64,000 nucleotides of DNA from positions 58,838,001 through 58,902,000 of the forward strand of contig OZ024740.1 of assembly GCA_964016885.1 (NCBI GenBank), read 5' to 3'. Below are positions 63,591 to 64,000 of this stretch, piece by piece. Both the position numbers and the translations under genes were made by a program. Each line of letters opens with the position of its first letter. Position 1 is the stretch's first letter. The notes beneath the pieces are model-generated. The model did not search any database, was not told the DNA's origin, and saw only the letters and a program-made list of their open reading frames with translations. This stretch comes from Eledone cirrhosa (lineage: Eukaryota).

Positions 63591-64000
63591 TGGGAGGGGT
63601 GTTGGGTAGCTAGATAGAAGGTAATGATTGAATGGGGTCCTTGCATTTAACAAGCGATTAACAAAAATACAAAATTTGTTCTGTTCAATACGACCAAAAA
63701 CTTTCGTATTTAACAATTAATAAATACAAAAAATGTAGTTTGTTTTAGCGATAGATTGGCTATTTGGACTTGATACGAAATATGGATTGTTTTGAAAATA
63801 CGCTAGAATTAGAATTAAAATACGCTAGAATTAGGATTTGTGGAGGAAGAGAAATGAAATCTGTACATTACGTTACATGAATATCGTGGAGTAGAGACAG
63901 CAAGCAATGAAATTTGGCGAAGTGAATTCCTATCATATATATATATATAGAGAGAGAGGGGGGGTGGCCGCATGATGGTTGTGTGTGTTAGGCGTTTGAC

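Larger units (their letters stand above)
59840..63600 (-). mobile_element. Near-intact RTE-clade LINE
   Basis: APE (GTINVGTL, QETRW, AGDLNGH), RT (QFGF, FVDLEKAFD, YADD), PHD-like finger, long 3' UTR, (GAT)n tail; 5' boundary uncertain (may extend to about 63930). Confidence 0.97.

Overview
AT-rich, repeat-dominated animal genomic DNA with no confidently identifiable host protein-coding gene. The SINE, LINE and microsatellite make-up resembles an octopod cephalopod genome (inference only). Contents: two near-full-length RTE-clade LINEs (36.2-39.4 kb +, 59.8-63.6 kb -), both with a PHD-like C4HC3 finger after the RT; many RTE, CR1/L2-like and REL-endonuclease LINE fragments; two tRNA-derived SINE families; hAT- and piggyBac-type MITEs; and abundant (TA)n/(CA)n/(CAT)n/(CT)n tracts, which generate most of the ORF track. 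The most notable signal is a set of at least seven sequence-unrelated type I hammerhead-ribozyme (HHR) folds between 15.9 and 58.9 kb. Four occur as divergent inverted pairs and a fifth sits beside a foldback. Three units show terminal redundancy or circular permutation (about 305, 424 and 526 nt). One pair is physically linked to a Penelope-like GIY-YIG endonuclease remnant. Together these point to a family of Penelope-dependent, retrozyme-like self-cleaving elements. All folds and alignments were done by eye, and boundaries are approximate unless a junction is quoted.
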